Shown: positions 34,691-45,049, counted from the first letter of the stretch. The stretch is DNA of 64,000 nt from Patescibacteria group bacterium (GCA_040386275.1 JAZKFU010000009.1:22367-86366), one strand, 5' to 3'. Translations and numbers: made by a program. The notes: generated by a model not told the origin, from the letters alone.

Positions 34691-36079
34691 ATGACAAACC
34701 CCGACAGTACGACAAACAAAATGGAAAAAATCACCGCCCTATGTAAGCGTCGGGGATTTGTGTTTCAAGGTTCGGATATTTATGGGGGACTGCGAGGTAC
34801 CTGGGATTTAGGTCCGCTTGGGGTTGCTTTGAATAACAACATCAAACGTGAGTGGTGGAAGATGTTTGTTGATGGACGAGAGGATATGTATGGACTCGAT
34901 GCGTCTATATTAATGAACGCCAAAGTGTGGGAAGCAAGTGGCCACACTGGCGCTGGTTTTGCTGACCCGATGCTTGAGGATACCGTGACAGGTGAACGCT
35001 TCCGAGCTGACCATTTTCTAAAAGATAACGGGTACGATGCGGAGGGGCTGTCACTCGAAGCCATAGATGCACTAATTACAGAGAAGGGAATTAAAAGTCC
35101 TAAAGGAAATCCGCTGTCAAAAACTCGAACGTTTAACATGATGTTTGAAACTCGGATTGGCGCTACTGCCGGACCAGAAGGTTTGGTGTACTTGAGACCC
35201 GAAACAGCACAAGGAATTTTTGTGAACTTTAAAAATGTAGTTGACTCAATGGCGCCAAAGATGCCATTTGGAATTGGACAGATTGGGAAGGCGTTTCGAA
35301 ATGAAATTGCTCCTCGTGAATTTTTGTTTCGCGTGCGAGAGTTTGAGCAGATGGAAATTGAATACTTCGTAAAAGAGGAAGAGTGGAAAGAACGATTTGA
35401 AGAGTGGCGCTTGGCCATTTGGAATTGGTTTGACCATCTTGGACTTTCGAGAGAAAACGTACAGGAGCTCGAAGTAGCCGAAGGAGACCTTGCTCACTAC
35501 AGTAAACGGACTATTGATTTTGAGTACAATTTTCCTGGTAAAGGGTTTGATGAGTTGGCTGGGTTTGCGTACCGAACCGACCATGACTTAAAAGCGCACA
35601 TGAACGCGAGCGGGGTTTCAATGGAATATATTGAATCAGATGGGACGCGCTTCGTGCCTCACGTGCTTGAACCAAGTTTTGGTGTGGGTCGAGCAATAAC
35701 CGCAGTATTGTGTGAAGCGTATACGGAAGACGCAATGGGTGAGGATGGCCGAACGTTTCTTAAATTGCCAAAACACCTCGCGCCGTATGTAGCCTGTGTC
35801 TCACCGTTGCTTCGTAACAAACCAGAGTTGGTAGAAAAAGCTCGGGGAGTGTTTTCTATCCTTAAAAAAGAGTTTGGAAATGTCACCTGGGATGACAATG
35901 GAAATGTCGGAAAACGCTACCGACGCCAAGATGAAATTGGTACCCCATACTGTATCGTGATTGATTTTGACACTCTCGGAGAAAATCCAGAATTACTTGA
36001 TACGGTCACCGTCCGTAATCGTGATACGGGGGAGCAAGAACGAATGGCTATTACGGAACTTGTAAACTACTTAAAATAA
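34691..36079 (+). CDS. glyQS: glycyl-tRNA synthetase (alpha2 dimeric class II type)
   Basis: ITALCKRRGFVFQGSDIYGGLRGTWDLGPLGV.L..N.K..WW and FR.E..PREFLFRVREFEQMEIEYF (motif 2). Confidence 0.9.
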   Translation: MTNPDSTTNKMEKITALCKRRGFVFQGSDIYGGLRGTWDLGPLGVALNNNIKREWWKMFVDGREDMYGLDASILMNAKVWEASGHTGAGFADPMLEDTVTGERFRADHFLKDNGYDAEGLSLEAIDALITEKGIKSPKGNPLSKTRTFNMMFETRIGATAGPEGLVYLRPETAQGIFVNFKNVVDSMAPKMPFGIGQIGKAFRNEIAPREFLFRVREFEQMEIEYFVKEEEWKERFEEWRLAIWNWFDHLGLSRENVQELEVAEGDLAHYSKRTIDFEYNFPGKGFDELAGFAYRTDHDLKAHMNASGVSMEYIESDGTRFVPHVLEPSFGVGRAITAVLCEAYTEDAMGEDGRTFLKLPKHLAPYVACVSPLLRNKPELVEKARGVFSILKKEFGNVTWDDNGNVGKRYRRQDEIGTPYCIVIDFDTLGENPELLDTVTVRNRDTGEQERMAITELVNYLK

Positions 36080-36115
36080 GTATAGTCTAATTTATAGATA
36101 GAAAGGAGGTGTGCC

Positions 36116-36541
36116 ATGCAGTTGATTCTAGGTAAGGTCAATCAAGAATCTAAAAAATTGATATTCATGGCGCACATTCCTATAAGTGCACAACAACATG
36201 ATATCAAAACGGCAATTGAAAAAGTCCGATTTCTAAAAATCGCCGCTGAACGTTCCGGGTACATCGCATACTCCACTGATGTGGTCACATTATTTGAATC
36301 TCGCTTGCATGTGAGTAAGGAGCTACAACAAAAACGCGAACGGGATTGCCATTTACTGTCAGTGGGTACGTACGATGCCATCCAATATTCCGGAAGCGGT
36401 CTTTCCAGTGATCATTTGCAAGATATTGCTCGAGCGGCCTATTTTGGAGAAACGCCAGTCTACTTAGATATACCAAAAGAATCTCTACTGGCTCAGTATA
36501 TTATTAGGTTTAAATTTAATAGAGTGCAAAGGGATATTTAA
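36116..36541 (+). CDS. hypothetical protein
   Basis: Strong RBS aaggaggtgtgccATG. Confidence 0.45.
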   Translation: MQLILGKVNQESKKLIFMAHIPISAQQHDIKTAIEKVRFLKIAAERSGYIAYSTDVVTLFESRLHVSKELQQKRERDCHLLSVGTYDAIQYSGSGLSSDHLQDIARAAYFGETPVYLDIPKESLLAQYIIRFKFNRVQRDI

Positions 36542-36606
36542 AGCAGCTGATTCAAAAAGAATCGGCTGCTTTTTTATTTCCCACGCTGTGGTACAGTATT
36601 TTAACT

Positions 36607-38166
36607 ATGTCAGACAAAAAACCCCGTTATATCACCACCACCTTGCCGTATGTAAACGCTGAACCGCATATTGGGTTTGGGTATGAACTGGTGGTTGCCG
36701 ACACACTTGCACGCCACTGGCGCTTACAGGGGCACGAAGTATTCTTTACCACCGGTACCGACGAACACGGCCAAAAAATTGCTGAAAAAGCAGATAGTGA
36801 GAGTGTCCCGAGGCAACAGTATGTCGATACCTACGCCGCAAAGTTTGCGGAGCTAAAAGGAGCGCTCAATATTTCCAATGACAACTTTATCCGGACCACT
36901 GACGCAACGCATAAAGCCGCGGCTCAGGCTATCTGGAACAAATGTCTAGCTAAAGGTGATATCTATAAAAAAACCTACAAAGGTCTCTACTGCGTCGGGG
37001 ATGAGATGTTTTTACGTGATAGTGACTTAGTAAATGGACGGTGTCCGAATCATCCAAATGTAGACCCGGTAGAAATTGAAGAAGAAAATTACTTTTTTAA
37101 ACTCTCAGAATATCAAACTAAACTTACTAAATATTTATCCGATCCGACGCGGACTCTGTCTGAATCGTACCGCACCTGGGCCTTGCAGTTTGTGACGGCT
37201 GGACTTGAGGACTTGAGTATCTCCCGCAGTAAAAAGCGGATGGACTGGGGGATTGATGTGCCAGGGGATGATGAGCACGTCATGTACGTGTGGTTTGACG
37301 CGTTGACCAACTACATCAGTACGCTCGGCTGGCCTGAAGACGCAGCTGGTAATTTTAAAAAATTCTGGGTAGAGGGTGAGACGGTGCAGTTAGCGGGGAA
37401 AGATCAGGTTCGATTCCAATCTATTATTTTTCAGGCAATGTTGATGTCGGCTGATGTACCCACCACCGATACTATTTGTTATCACGGGTTTATTAATAGT
37501 GGGGGGCAGAAAATGAGTAAGAGTCTCGGCAATGTAATTTCGCCGTATGAACTTGTTGCACGCTACGGCACTGACGCTACGCGGTATTTACTGTTGCGCC
37601 ATGTGCACCCGTTTGATGATACTGATGTTACCTGGGACAGACTGGATGAATGGTACACCGCGGACTTGGTAAATGGGCTAGGGAATCTAGTAGCCCGGGT
37701 GATGAAAATGGCCGAGACTCATGTCGAGAAACCAGATTATTTAGATTATGATGAAGCATATAAGTTAGTTTCTCAGCAAGCGCAAATATTGGTACCAAGA
37801 CATGACAATCAAATATCAGTCCAATATAAAACTGAGATCGATAATTTTTTACTTCAAGATTCAATAGATTTAATTTGGGCACATATTCAACTTATTGACG
37901 AAGAGATTACAAAAAGTGAACCTTTTAAAGTCATTAAAACTAATCCTGAAGAAGCTAAAAAAATTATAATTAAGCTTAGAAGTGATCTCACAGAGGTTGC
38001 TTTGTTAGTACTGCCATTTATGCCTTATACTGCAAAAATTATTCTCGAAGCTATAGCTCAAAACAAAAAACCTGAAAACCTTTTTAATCGACTTCCACTC
38101 AAAACTGAGTCAATAGCTTTTAAAATTGACGGCGGTAATGCTAATCTTCAAATAGATGGAAAATAA
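36607..38166 (+). CDS. metG: methionyl-tRNA synthetase (short form without C-terminal dimerisation domain)
   Basis: TTTLPYVNAEPHIGFGYE (HIGH-like), the Zn knuckle CPNHPN, and KMSKSLGN. Confidence 0.9.
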   Translation: MSDKKPRYITTTLPYVNAEPHIGFGYELVVADTLARHWRLQGHEVFFTTGTDEHGQKIAEKADSESVPRQQYVDTYAAKFAELKGALNISNDNFIRTTDATHKAAAQAIWNKCLAKGDIYKKTYKGLYCVGDEMFLRDSDLVNGRCPNHPNVDPVEIEEENYFFKLSEYQTKLTKYLSDPTRTLSESYRTWALQFVTAGLEDLSISRSKKRMDWGIDVPGDDEHVMYVWFDALTNYISTLGWPEDAAGNFKKFWVEGETVQLAGKDQVRFQSIIFQAMLMSADVPTTDTICYHGFINSGGQKMSKSLGNVISPYELVARYGTDATRYLLLRHVHPFDDTDVTWDRLDEWYTADLVNGLGNLVARVMKMAETHVEKPDYLDYDEAYKLVSQQAQILVPRHDNQISVQYKTEIDNFLLQDSIDLIWAHIQLIDEEITKSEPFKVIKTNPEEAKKIIIKLRSDLTEVALLVLPFMPYTAKIILEAIAQNKKPENLFNRLPLKTESIAFKIDGGNANLQIDGK

Positions 38167-38761
38167 CAAAACTCAAATTGTTTTTATTCATGGTGGAGAC
38201 TCGTTTGATACCATCCAGGAATTCTATGAGGCGCTACGCACTTGGACCTACAATCCCTATAAAGAAGAGCGAAAACGCTGGCGTGATGCAATAATGCTCG
38301 CTACCGAATCAACCCATGATTTTATCGTTCCTTCTATGCCTAATAAACAAAACGCAGATTATATTGCGTGGGCTATTTGGTTTGAAAAAGTCATTCCTTT
38401 TTTGCGTGACGGCGTAATTCTAGTAGGTCATTCATTAGGTGGGGGCTTTCTCTTGCGGTACTTAAGTGAAAATAAATTACCTATAACAATTTCCCAACTG
38501 CATTTAATTGCCGGAGTGATTGATGATGTAGATTGCCCAGGAGTGGGGGAATTTGGTATTGCTGTTACTCAGTGGTCCGGGTTTATTTCTACAATAGAAG
38601 AAATCCATCTCTGGCATAGTTCGGATGATGAATATGTGCCATTACATCACACCGAGCGTCTCGCGAGTAAATGCCCACAGGCAATCACGCATTACTTTAC
38701 CGACAGAGGCCACTTTCTCCAGCCAGAATTTCCCGAGCTTTTACTTGAAATCCAAAAATAA
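38156..38761 (+). CDS. alpha/beta-hydrolase-fold serine hydrolase (YdeN/RBBP9-like)
   Basis: GHSLGG nucleophile elbow; overlaps the metG stop by 11 nt. Confidence 0.65.
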   Translation: MENNKTQIVFIHGGDSFDTIQEFYEALRTWTYNPYKEERKRWRDAIMLATESTHDFIVPSMPNKQNADYIAWAIWFEKVIPFLRDGVILVGHSLGGGFLLRYLSENKLPITISQLHLIAGVIDDVDCPGVGEFGIAVTQWSGFISTIEEIHLWHSSDDEYVPLHHTERLASKCPQAITHYFTDRGHFLQPEFPELLLEIQK

Positions 38762-38769
38762 TCATCCGT

Positions 38770-39627
38770 ATGAACGTTACCTATATTGATACTCACGCCC
38801 ATCTTAATCTCTCTGCTTTTTCGGAGGATGTTGAAGCGGTCATCGCTACATGTGATGCGCAAAGTGTGGGGGTGATAAATATTGGTACCAAGGAATCAAC
38901 CAGCACTAAAGCCGTTGCGCTCGCGCTTTCACACTCAAACCTCTATGCCATGGTGGGACTGCATCCGATTCAGACGGTGCCGCAAGCGCATGATGAAGAT
39001 GAAATTGGTTTAGGAGGCGCTCCATTTGTTTCAAAAGGAGAAACATTTAATACCGATTTTTACCGTAATTTAATTGCTACTAGTAACGGAAAAGTAGTGG
39101 GGATAGGTGAGTGTGGGTTTGATTATTATCATACCAATCCAGATACCTATATTACTCAAGAGATAGCGTTTATAGAGCAAATCAAGTTGGCTAATGAACT
39201 AAATTTGCCGCTTATGATTCATACCCGCGGACCCAAGCCAGGGGAGACTAGTCCTACCGGTCGCAGCGTCTATGCAGATGTTCAGGCAATTTTAAGTCAG
39301 TACTCCAAAGTTCCATTTAACGTGCATTTTTATGCCGGCACCTACGAAGAAGCCAAAGCATTTTTTGAGATTGGCGGCACCATTTCATTTACCGGCGTTA
39401 TCACCTTTGCCAAAGTCTATGAAGATATAGTAAAAGCGGTACCGCTTGATTTGATTCACGCCGAAACTGATTGTCCGTATGTAGCCCCGATACCACACCG
39501 CGGAAAGCGCTGTGAACCGTGGATGGTGCAGGCAGTCTATAAAAAAATTGCGCAGATACGCGGTGAGGATGAAGAAATGGTCCGGGAACAATTACTCCAA
39601 AACGCCCGTAGTTTGTATAAATTATAG
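38770..39627 (+). CDS. tatD: TatD-family metal-dependent hydrolase
   Basis: IDTHAHLN, GECGFDYY, MIHTR and the ETDCPY motif. Confidence 0.85.
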   Translation: MNVTYIDTHAHLNLSAFSEDVEAVIATCDAQSVGVINIGTKESTSTKAVALALSHSNLYAMVGLHPIQTVPQAHDEDEIGLGGAPFVSKGETFNTDFYRNLIATSNGKVVGIGECGFDYYHTNPDTYITQEIAFIEQIKLANELNLPLMIHTRGPKPGETSPTGRSVYADVQAILSQYSKVPFNVHFYAGTYEEAKAFFEIGGTISFTGVITFAKVYEDIVKAVPLDLIHAETDCPYVAPIPHRGKRCEPWMVQAVYKKIAQIRGEDEEMVREQLLQNARSLYKL

Positions 39628-39672
39628 ATTTTTGTATAGTAATGAAAGACCTATACTAGAGGAGCACGAACA

Positions 39673-39996
39673 ATGCTTATTGTTGTTGATGATAATCCGT
39701 TCTTTGATAGTGATTTACTGACCGAGGAAATCAAACAGTTATTTTTTGGTTTACGATTGGAAGTCAGGGGTCCCTTTGATGGTTTCTTTCCGGAGAAGTT
39801 TTACATGGTGACGTTACAAGAATTTTACACCAAGCTAAACGTTCCCTTGTACGAACGGGCGTTACTAATTTTTAGGACCCAAGTGTGCGTGTTCACTACG
39901 CTCGCTGAACAGCCATTTTTTGATGAAGTCGCTCAGTTAATTGAGATACCGATTCGGGCCTCAGCTTGTCTCGTTACCACTGGCGCAATCCACTAG
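39673..39996 (+). CDS. hypothetical protein
   Basis: 107-aa ORF. Confidence 0.4.
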   Translation: MLIVVDDNPFFDSDLLTEEIKQLFFGLRLEVRGPFDGFFPEKFYMVTLQEFYTKLNVPLYERALLIFRTQVCVFTTLAEQPFFDEVAQLIEIPIRASACLVTTGAIH

Positions 39997-40085
39997 ATTG
40001 TGCCAGTTTCTACTGTTGCTTATGTAAGTGCTTGCTTGTAAAAAATCTAAGCCTACGAATAGTAGCGTAAGAATAGGAGGGAGAA

Positions 40086-40391
40086 ATGACAGAAATCTGT
40101 GACTGGTCAACTGGACACTTTATGATTGCTCGAATTGATAGCTTGACTGCTCAAGCGGGTGAATCATGGTGGTGCGAATGCTTACGACCGTATGGTCATG
40201 CCGGCCCCCATCTTATCAAACGAGTTGAGAGGATTGGCGGTCAATATGTAATCTGGGAGCAAGACTGTTGTGAGCCAGGGACGTGTGAAGGTTGTGACGG
40301 AGAAGATCCCGAAGACTACTGTTTGACCTTTAGAGAAGTAGATGAAATGGTAGCAAGCAGACTTATTGCCGACGGTTCCCTAGAATCATAA
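40086..40391 (+). CDS. hypothetical Cys-rich small protein (8 Cys in 101 aa), GC-rich
   Basis: Strong RBS aggagggagaaATG; CEC...CCEPGTCEGCDGEDPEDYC. Confidence 0.45.
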   Translation: MTEICDWSTGHFMIARIDSLTAQAGESWWCECLRPYGHAGPHLIKRVERIGGQYVIWEQDCCEPGTCEGCDGEDPEDYCLTFREVDEMVASRLIADGSLES

Positions 40392-40417
40392 AGGCCAGCG
40401 AACAAACGCTGGCCTTT
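40390..40417. terminator. bidirectional intrinsic terminator
   Basis: aaaggccagcg aacaaa cgctggccttt. Confidence 0.7.
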
Positions 40418-40626
40418 CTATTATTTAAATATTCACAAAAGTTTTCGAGATACTAAAAACCCTTAAATCAGTTTAGTAGCCAGGCTCGCTCAATTAATCT
40501 AAATTATCTCAAAAATGAGATGAACGCGCGACGCGCGAGGAAAATTTCCCGAGCCTTACTTTCTGTAAGGTGAGGGGAATTTTGCCGAAGCGCAACAAAG
40601 CGGGCGCTCATTTTTGTGGTAATTTA

Positions 40627-41598
40627 TTAGTCGAAGATGGATATTAGATACTCATCAATCTTCCGCTGCTCCCAGTCATAAAAACTGGCATCTGCTTTAT
40701 CTAAATCCTTTGCTAAATCTTCACCGACAAAACGCCAGTGCCACGGTTCAAACACGTAATAAGCATTACCTTTTGGGTAGGAGAGGGTGAAGCCGTACTT
40801 GGAAGCATTTTCCAACATCCAGGTATAGGCTGGAGTGCCTTCGAACCCATCCAATCCGCCACCCAGTCCTTCGGTCGTAAAATCGAGCGTGGTACCGAGT
40901 TGGTGTTCGGAGTAGCCCTGGTCGGCGGAGAACGTGTTGGCGCCACTGCCGTAGGTTTGGGTGTAGGCACCTTTAAGACTGGCTTGTTCGTTAAAGGAAC
41001 GGTACGCTGACACCACCCAAATTTTAATACCATCTGCTAACGCAGCTTCTATCATATCATTAAGATACGGTTCGACTTTGCCGTGAATTGATTTGGAAAT
41101 GGCTTCGTTATACAGATATTTCTTCTCAATCGGGACAATTTTTTCCGGGATGTAGTGTTCGTTTAAGAAATAGACTTTAGAGTATTTTTGCAGTAACTCT
41201 TTGTCGGTTTTAGAGAGTTTATCGAGCACACCAACGGTACCAGAAATTTTCTTAATCTGGTCTTCAAATTCATCGTTTTTATTCTTTTCTTTTCGATAAT
41301 CGTCCTCGATGTCATCTAGTTCTTCCGCGGTGAGGGACAGTCGGCTGGAGAGTTCGGCGATCGTACTGCTCGCTAATTCCCGTTCTTCAAGCAGACTTTG
41401 GGTGCTAGAAGCGTTTTCCAAGAGGAAATAGTTACGTTCCGCCAACAGCATGTCGATTTTCTTTGCTTGTGACCAGGTAGAGTACGATAAATACCCGGTA
41501 CCAATCAGTAAGACCACAATTGCCCCCAAATAGAGGTATTTTGGATGAATTTTCCGACGAACAATAACTCGTGACATAGTTGCTCTTAAGTATATCAC
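40627..41598 (-). CDS. VanY/M15-family D-alanyl-D-alanine (LD/DD) carboxypeptidase with N-terminal TM and coiled coil
   Basis: SEHQLGTTLDF and the SAYRS..EQ motifs. Confidence 0.7.
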   Translation of the reverse strand: MIYLRATMSRVIVRRKIHPKYLYLGAIVVLLIGTGYLSYSTWSQAKKIDMLLAERNYFLLENASSTQSLLEERELASSTIAELSSRLSLTAEELDDIEDDYRKEKNKNDEFEDQIKKISGTVGVLDKLSKTDKELLQKYSKVYFLNEHYIPEKIVPIEKKYLYNEAISKSIHGKVEPYLNDMIEAALADGIKIWVVSAYRSFNEQASLKGAYTQTYGSGANTFSADQGYSEHQLGTTLDFTTEGLGGGLDGFEGTPAYTWMLENASKYGFTLSYPKGNAYYVFEPWHWRFVGEDLAKDLDKADASFYDWEQRKIDEYLISIFD

Positions 41599-41716
41599 GC
41601 ATGCTTGAAAGAGGGCACTAATTGTGGTACTGTACTAACATTATTAGAGTGGGGATTAGGGCGGGGTAACACTGGTTTGCCAGTTCCCGGACTAATTCAC
41701 ATAATAAAAAATAAGA

Positions 41717-42244
41717 ATGTCAGAAACAACAATGCCAGCTATCGAGGCAGAAATTCGTACTGATGAGCAAGAAATTGCCTCATACGAACTCGCCTACCAC
41801 ATACTTCCAACGGTAGCTGAAGGGGAAGTGATGGCAGTGACTCAGTCACTCAAAGACCTTATTACTAAAGCCGGTGGTCAAATTTTTGACACCGAAGACG
41901 CAGAACGCTTCGAACTAGCCTACGAGATTGATAAATATCTTGAAGGTAAGTACCGAAAGTTCAACAGTGCATACTTTGGATGGACACGTTTCAAACTTGC
42001 TCCATTAGCGCTTAATCAACTCACTGAACACGTGGATGAACACAAGCAACTCCTACGATTCCTCCTCGTTCGATTAACGAAAGTAGAAGAAGCTAATCCG
42101 TTCCGTTTCCACGAAGCGTTAGTAGACACAAAAGTACGAAACATTGATCTTGATGCTGAAGTTGCTGCCGACACCGAAGTGGTAGATACTGAGGGTATCG
42201 TCGATGAAGTGGTTGAAGGTGGAGACGATGTGAAGATTGCGTAG
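41717..42244 (+). CDS. rpsF: 30S ribosomal protein S6 with acidic C-terminal extension
   Basis: YELAYHILP.....GG.I...E..ERFELAYEI pattern; sits in the conserved rpsF-ssb-rpsR context. Confidence 0.8.
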   Translation: MSETTMPAIEAEIRTDEQEIASYELAYHILPTVAEGEVMAVTQSLKDLITKAGGQIFDTEDAERFELAYEIDKYLEGKYRKFNSAYFGWTRFKLAPLALNQLTEHVDEHKQLLRFLLVRLTKVEEANPFRFHEALVDTKVRNIDLDAEVAADTEVVDTEGIVDEVVEGGDDVKIA

Positions 42245-42276
42245 TACCTTATTTCGTAATTTGTAACTAAAACTAT

Positions 42277-42741
42277 ATGTACCTTAACAAAGCCATGATT
42301 TACGGAAATCTCACCCGAGACCCGGAAATGAAATCCCTTCCGAGCGGCATGCAAGTATGCTCGTTCTCAGTTGCTACCAACCGTTCATACAATGACCGTG
42401 ATGGTAAGCGCCAAGAAGCAGTTGAATACCACAATATTACTGCCTTTGGTAAACAAGCCGAAGTTATCTCTAAGTATTTAACAAAAGGTAGTGGTGTGTA
42501 CGTTGAAGGACGTTTACAAACCAACAGCTGGGAAAAAGACGGAGTCAAACAATATCGTACCGAAATTGTCGTCGATAAATTTGAATTTGGTCCGAAAGGT
42601 GGCGGCGCAGGAGGCAGTAGTACAAGTAACGCAGGAAACGCAGGCAGTAATGCCACTAGTACCGGGGGTAATAACAATAGTGCACCGGTGCTACCTGAGT
42701 ATCCAACGGAAGACATCAATCCCGAAGACATCCCTTTCTAA
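42277..42741 (+). CDS. ssb: single-stranded DNA-binding protein
   Basis: OB-fold N-terminus (MYLNKAMIYGNLTRDPE...), Gly/Asn-rich linker and the C-terminal DIPF. Confidence 0.9.
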   Translation: MYLNKAMIYGNLTRDPEMKSLPSGMQVCSFSVATNRSYNDRDGKRQEAVEYHNITAFGKQAEVISKYLTKGSGVYVEGRLQTNSWEKDGVKQYRTEIVVDKFEFGPKGGGAGGSSTSNAGNAGSNATSTGGNNNSAPVLPEYPTEDINPEDIPF

Positions 42742-42761
42742 CGAACGAATATACCCAATCT

Positions 42762-42855
42762 ACTGCGTTGCAATGACTGTTTGTTCGGTTACCGTACCGA
42801 CGTACGGCTCTCTCTCAAACAATCATCGCGCCTTGTATCTCGGGCATCTCGTTCA
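42762..42855. repeat. intergenic repeat family B, copy 3 (between ssb and rpsR)
   Basis: ctgcgttgcaatgactg...ttaccgtac cgac gtacggctctctctcaaac...cgcgccttgtatc. Confidence 0.7.
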
Positions 42856-42949
42856 TTAGAAAATAGTTTAGAAAGTGCATCTGCATCATCTTTAAACTTT
42901 AAAACACCTCGTAACGTAAATTTGAAAACTTATTAGTTAAAATACCAAC

Positions 42950-43153
42950 ATGGAACAACATAATCTTCACAAAAAGGCGGCTTTGGAGCATATTGATTAC
43001 AAAGACATCACTAGTCTCGCAAACAATATCAACCCACACGCACGTATGAACAGTCGACGTCGAACTGGCTTCTCAGCCAAGGCACAACGTGACTTTTCTC
43101 GAGCGATTAAGCGGGCGCGGTTTATGGCCCTAATGCCATACATCGCCCGCTAA
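42950..43153 (+). CDS. rpsR: 30S ribosomal protein S18
   Basis: IDYKD...L..........R...GFSAKAQR....AIKRAR..ALMPY. Confidence 0.9.
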   Translation: MEQHNLHKKAALEHIDYKDITSLANNINPHARMNSRRRTGFSAKAQRDFSRAIKRARFMALMPYIAR

Positions 43154-43171
43154 AGCTTCCATAGCAAGCCA

Positions 43172-43265
43172 TCTGCTGCGTTGGGACTGCGGTAAAATTT
43201 TACTCACCGTACAAAAGGTACGGCTCGCAAAATTTTCCTTGCCCACCTTGCATATGACTCACTCT
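43172..43265. repeat. intergenic repeat family B, copy 4
   Basis: ctgcgttgggactgcggtaaaattttactcaccgtac aaaag gtacggctcgcaaaattttccttgcccaccttgcat. Confidence 0.75.
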
Positions 43266-43330
43266 GAAAACTTTAGTAGAAATCTGCTTAACTAATTCAG
43301 TGGAAAAAGAAAAAACACCCGGTGGGGTGT

Positions 43331-43358
43331 TTTTTTTGAAATTGAGGTATATACTAAT
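43331..43358 (+). terminator. intrinsic terminator
   Basis: aaaaacaccc ggtg gggtgttttttttg. Confidence 0.75.
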
Positions 43359-43368
43359 TGCGGAATGA

Positions 43369-43584
43369 GTGGCTCTGGAGGGAAAGGATATATCCATGGG
43401 ATTAGCTGTTCTCGCTGGTGTGTGTGGTTACAGTTGGTTGGTAGCGCTGCTTTTTGCTGGCTTTCCAGTCTTGATTGCGGTGGGTCAAGGATGGTTGGTA
43501 GCTATGTTGGTTATGGGACTGCCCATTGCCTTTGGGTACATTGAAAGCATGCCCAATCGCTTTGCTAAGCATGCTTCAAAATGA
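43369..43584 (+). CDS. small two-TM membrane protein (possibly DUF307/YccF-like)
   Basis: 71-aa ORF with two hydrophobic helices. Confidence 0.4.
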   Translation: MALEGKDISMGLAVLAGVCGYSWLVALLFAGFPVLIAVGQGWLVAMLVMGLPIAFGYIESMPNRFAKHASK

Positions 43585-43592
43585 GACGAGAA

Positions 43593-43617
43593 AGGCCCCG
43601 CACTTGTGTGGGGCCTT
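43593..43617. terminator. bidirectional terminator hairpin (efp and the upstream small ORF)
   Basis: aggcccc gcacttgtgt ggggcct. Confidence 0.6.
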
Positions 43618-43646
43618 ACTGTGTATGGGGCAGTTCTAATTCCTGG

Positions 43647-44222
43647 CTACGCTTTCTCGATTCGTTCTGAGTAGTCGCCTGACTCGGTGTTAATTGAAAT
43701 CACGTCTCCTTCATTGATAAACATTGGTACCATGACGGTGGCGCCAGTTTCTACGGTTACTTGTTTAAGGGCACTACTTGAAGTGTTACCTTTAACCGCA
43801 GGCATGGCTTCGGTTACCTTAAGCTCTACTTTAATAGGAAACTTGATACCAATAATCTCTTCTTCAAATACTAACGCTTGTACGTCACTGCGTTCCTTAA
43901 GGAATTTACCGGGGTCTCCAATAAAGTCTTCGGTGAGGGCAAAGCGTTCTGCTGGCTTGCCAGCGTTATGGAACCAGTATTCACTTCCTTTGCGATAAAT
44001 GAATGTTACGTTTTTGTTTTCAAGATCAGCCTCGTCTGCTGTTTCGCTTACGTGGAAGGTTTGTTCGTACTGACGACCAGACTTCAAACCTTTAAGTTTA
44101 GTAATGTTTACCGGCTTACGTTGTTGCTTCCGAAACACGTGAGTAGCGAGCACTAAACAAGGCTCATCGTTAAAGATGATTACTTTCTTGAGGGTTATTT
44201 CGTTGTATGAGAGGACAGCCAT
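43647..44222 (-). CDS. efp: elongation factor P
   Basis: KOW-like N-terminus plus two OB domains; central ..EADLENKNVTFIYRKGSEYWFHN pattern. Confidence 0.85.
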   Translation of the reverse strand: MAVLSYNEITLKKVIIFNDEPCLVLATHVFRKQQRKPVNITKLKGLKSGRQYEQTFHVSETADEADLENKNVTFIYRKGSEYWFHNAGKPAERFALTEDFIGDPGKFLKERSDVQALVFEEEIIGIKFPIKVELKVTEAMPAVKGNTSSSALKQVTVETGATVMVPMFINEGDVISINTESGDYSERIEKA

Positions 44223-44230
44223 GAAGTGAG

Positions 44231-44320
44231 AAAACGAGCGTAGCGACTATTACGAACTTCCTTCCGAATTTGTCCCTTTCCTAGGACAAATTCCTGGAAT
44301 ATGTAATCGTTGCGTACTGC
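44231..44320. repeat. intergenic repeat family A, copy 2 (abuts the efp start codon)
   Basis: aaacgagcgtagcgactattacgaac..ccGAATTTGTCCctttcctaGGACAAATTCctggaat..atcgttg. Confidence 0.8.
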
Positions 44321-44425
44321 TCAATTAAAATGAATAATAGCGTCACATTTATACCAAAATTACCCATTAAAAGCAACGCGTGTACAGCAACCAAAGCGTT
44401 AGTTTGGTGGTATTATTAAAGAATT

Positions 44426-45016
44426 ATGCAATTGTTTGGCAATTCAGAAAACATGAGCGAACTATCTGATGAAGATATTTTACTGCGTTCCCGCGCTCAC
44501 CCCTGGCTGTTTTCAATGATTCTCGAACGCTACCAAGACGCTTTTTTCCGTAAAGCCATGGGAATTATCCATACTAAAGAGGATGCCGAAGAAATAGTAC
44601 AAGACACGTTTACCAAAATTTACCTGCATGCTGATTCCTTTAGCCCGGTTGAAGGCGCCAAATTTTCTTCGTGGGCGTACCGAATTTTAATGAACACCGC
44701 CTTTACCGCCTACCAAAAGCGCATCAAGCAAGGTGCACGCTTTCAAAATATTGATCCGGAGTTTGAACAGTTTGTGGCCGATAAATCAGGTGGGGTAGCG
44801 GCTACGGAAATTCATGACGGGGTAGAGCGCATTTTAGCTCGATTGCCGGGCCATTTCTCGAGCGTATTGCGGTTGCACTACATTGAACGCTGGAGTCACC
44901 AAGATATAGCCACCGAAACGGGTGAGGCCGTAGGGACCATAAAAGCCCGTATCCACCGAGCCAAGGCCGCCTTTCGAAAGGAAAGTACCGAACTGGAACA
45001 GCAACAATTACTGTAA
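44426..45016 (+). CDS. ECF-type RNA polymerase sigma factor (sigma-70 regions 2 and 4)
   Basis: Region 2 (EEIVQDTFTKIYLHADSF, SSWAYRILMNTAF) and region 4 HTH (IERWSHQDIATETGEAVGTIKARIHRAKAAFRK). Confidence 0.8.
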   Translation: MQLFGNSENMSELSDEDILLRSRAHPWLFSMILERYQDAFFRKAMGIIHTKEDAEEIVQDTFTKIYLHADSFSPVEGAKFSSWAYRILMNTAFTAYQKRIKQGARFQNIDPEFEQFVADKSGGVAATEIHDGVERILARLPGHFSSVLRLHYIERWSHQDIATETGEAVGTIKARIHRAKAAFRKESTELEQQQLL

Positions 45017-45049
45017 CTATTATTTACTACCTGCTGTTATATACCATAT

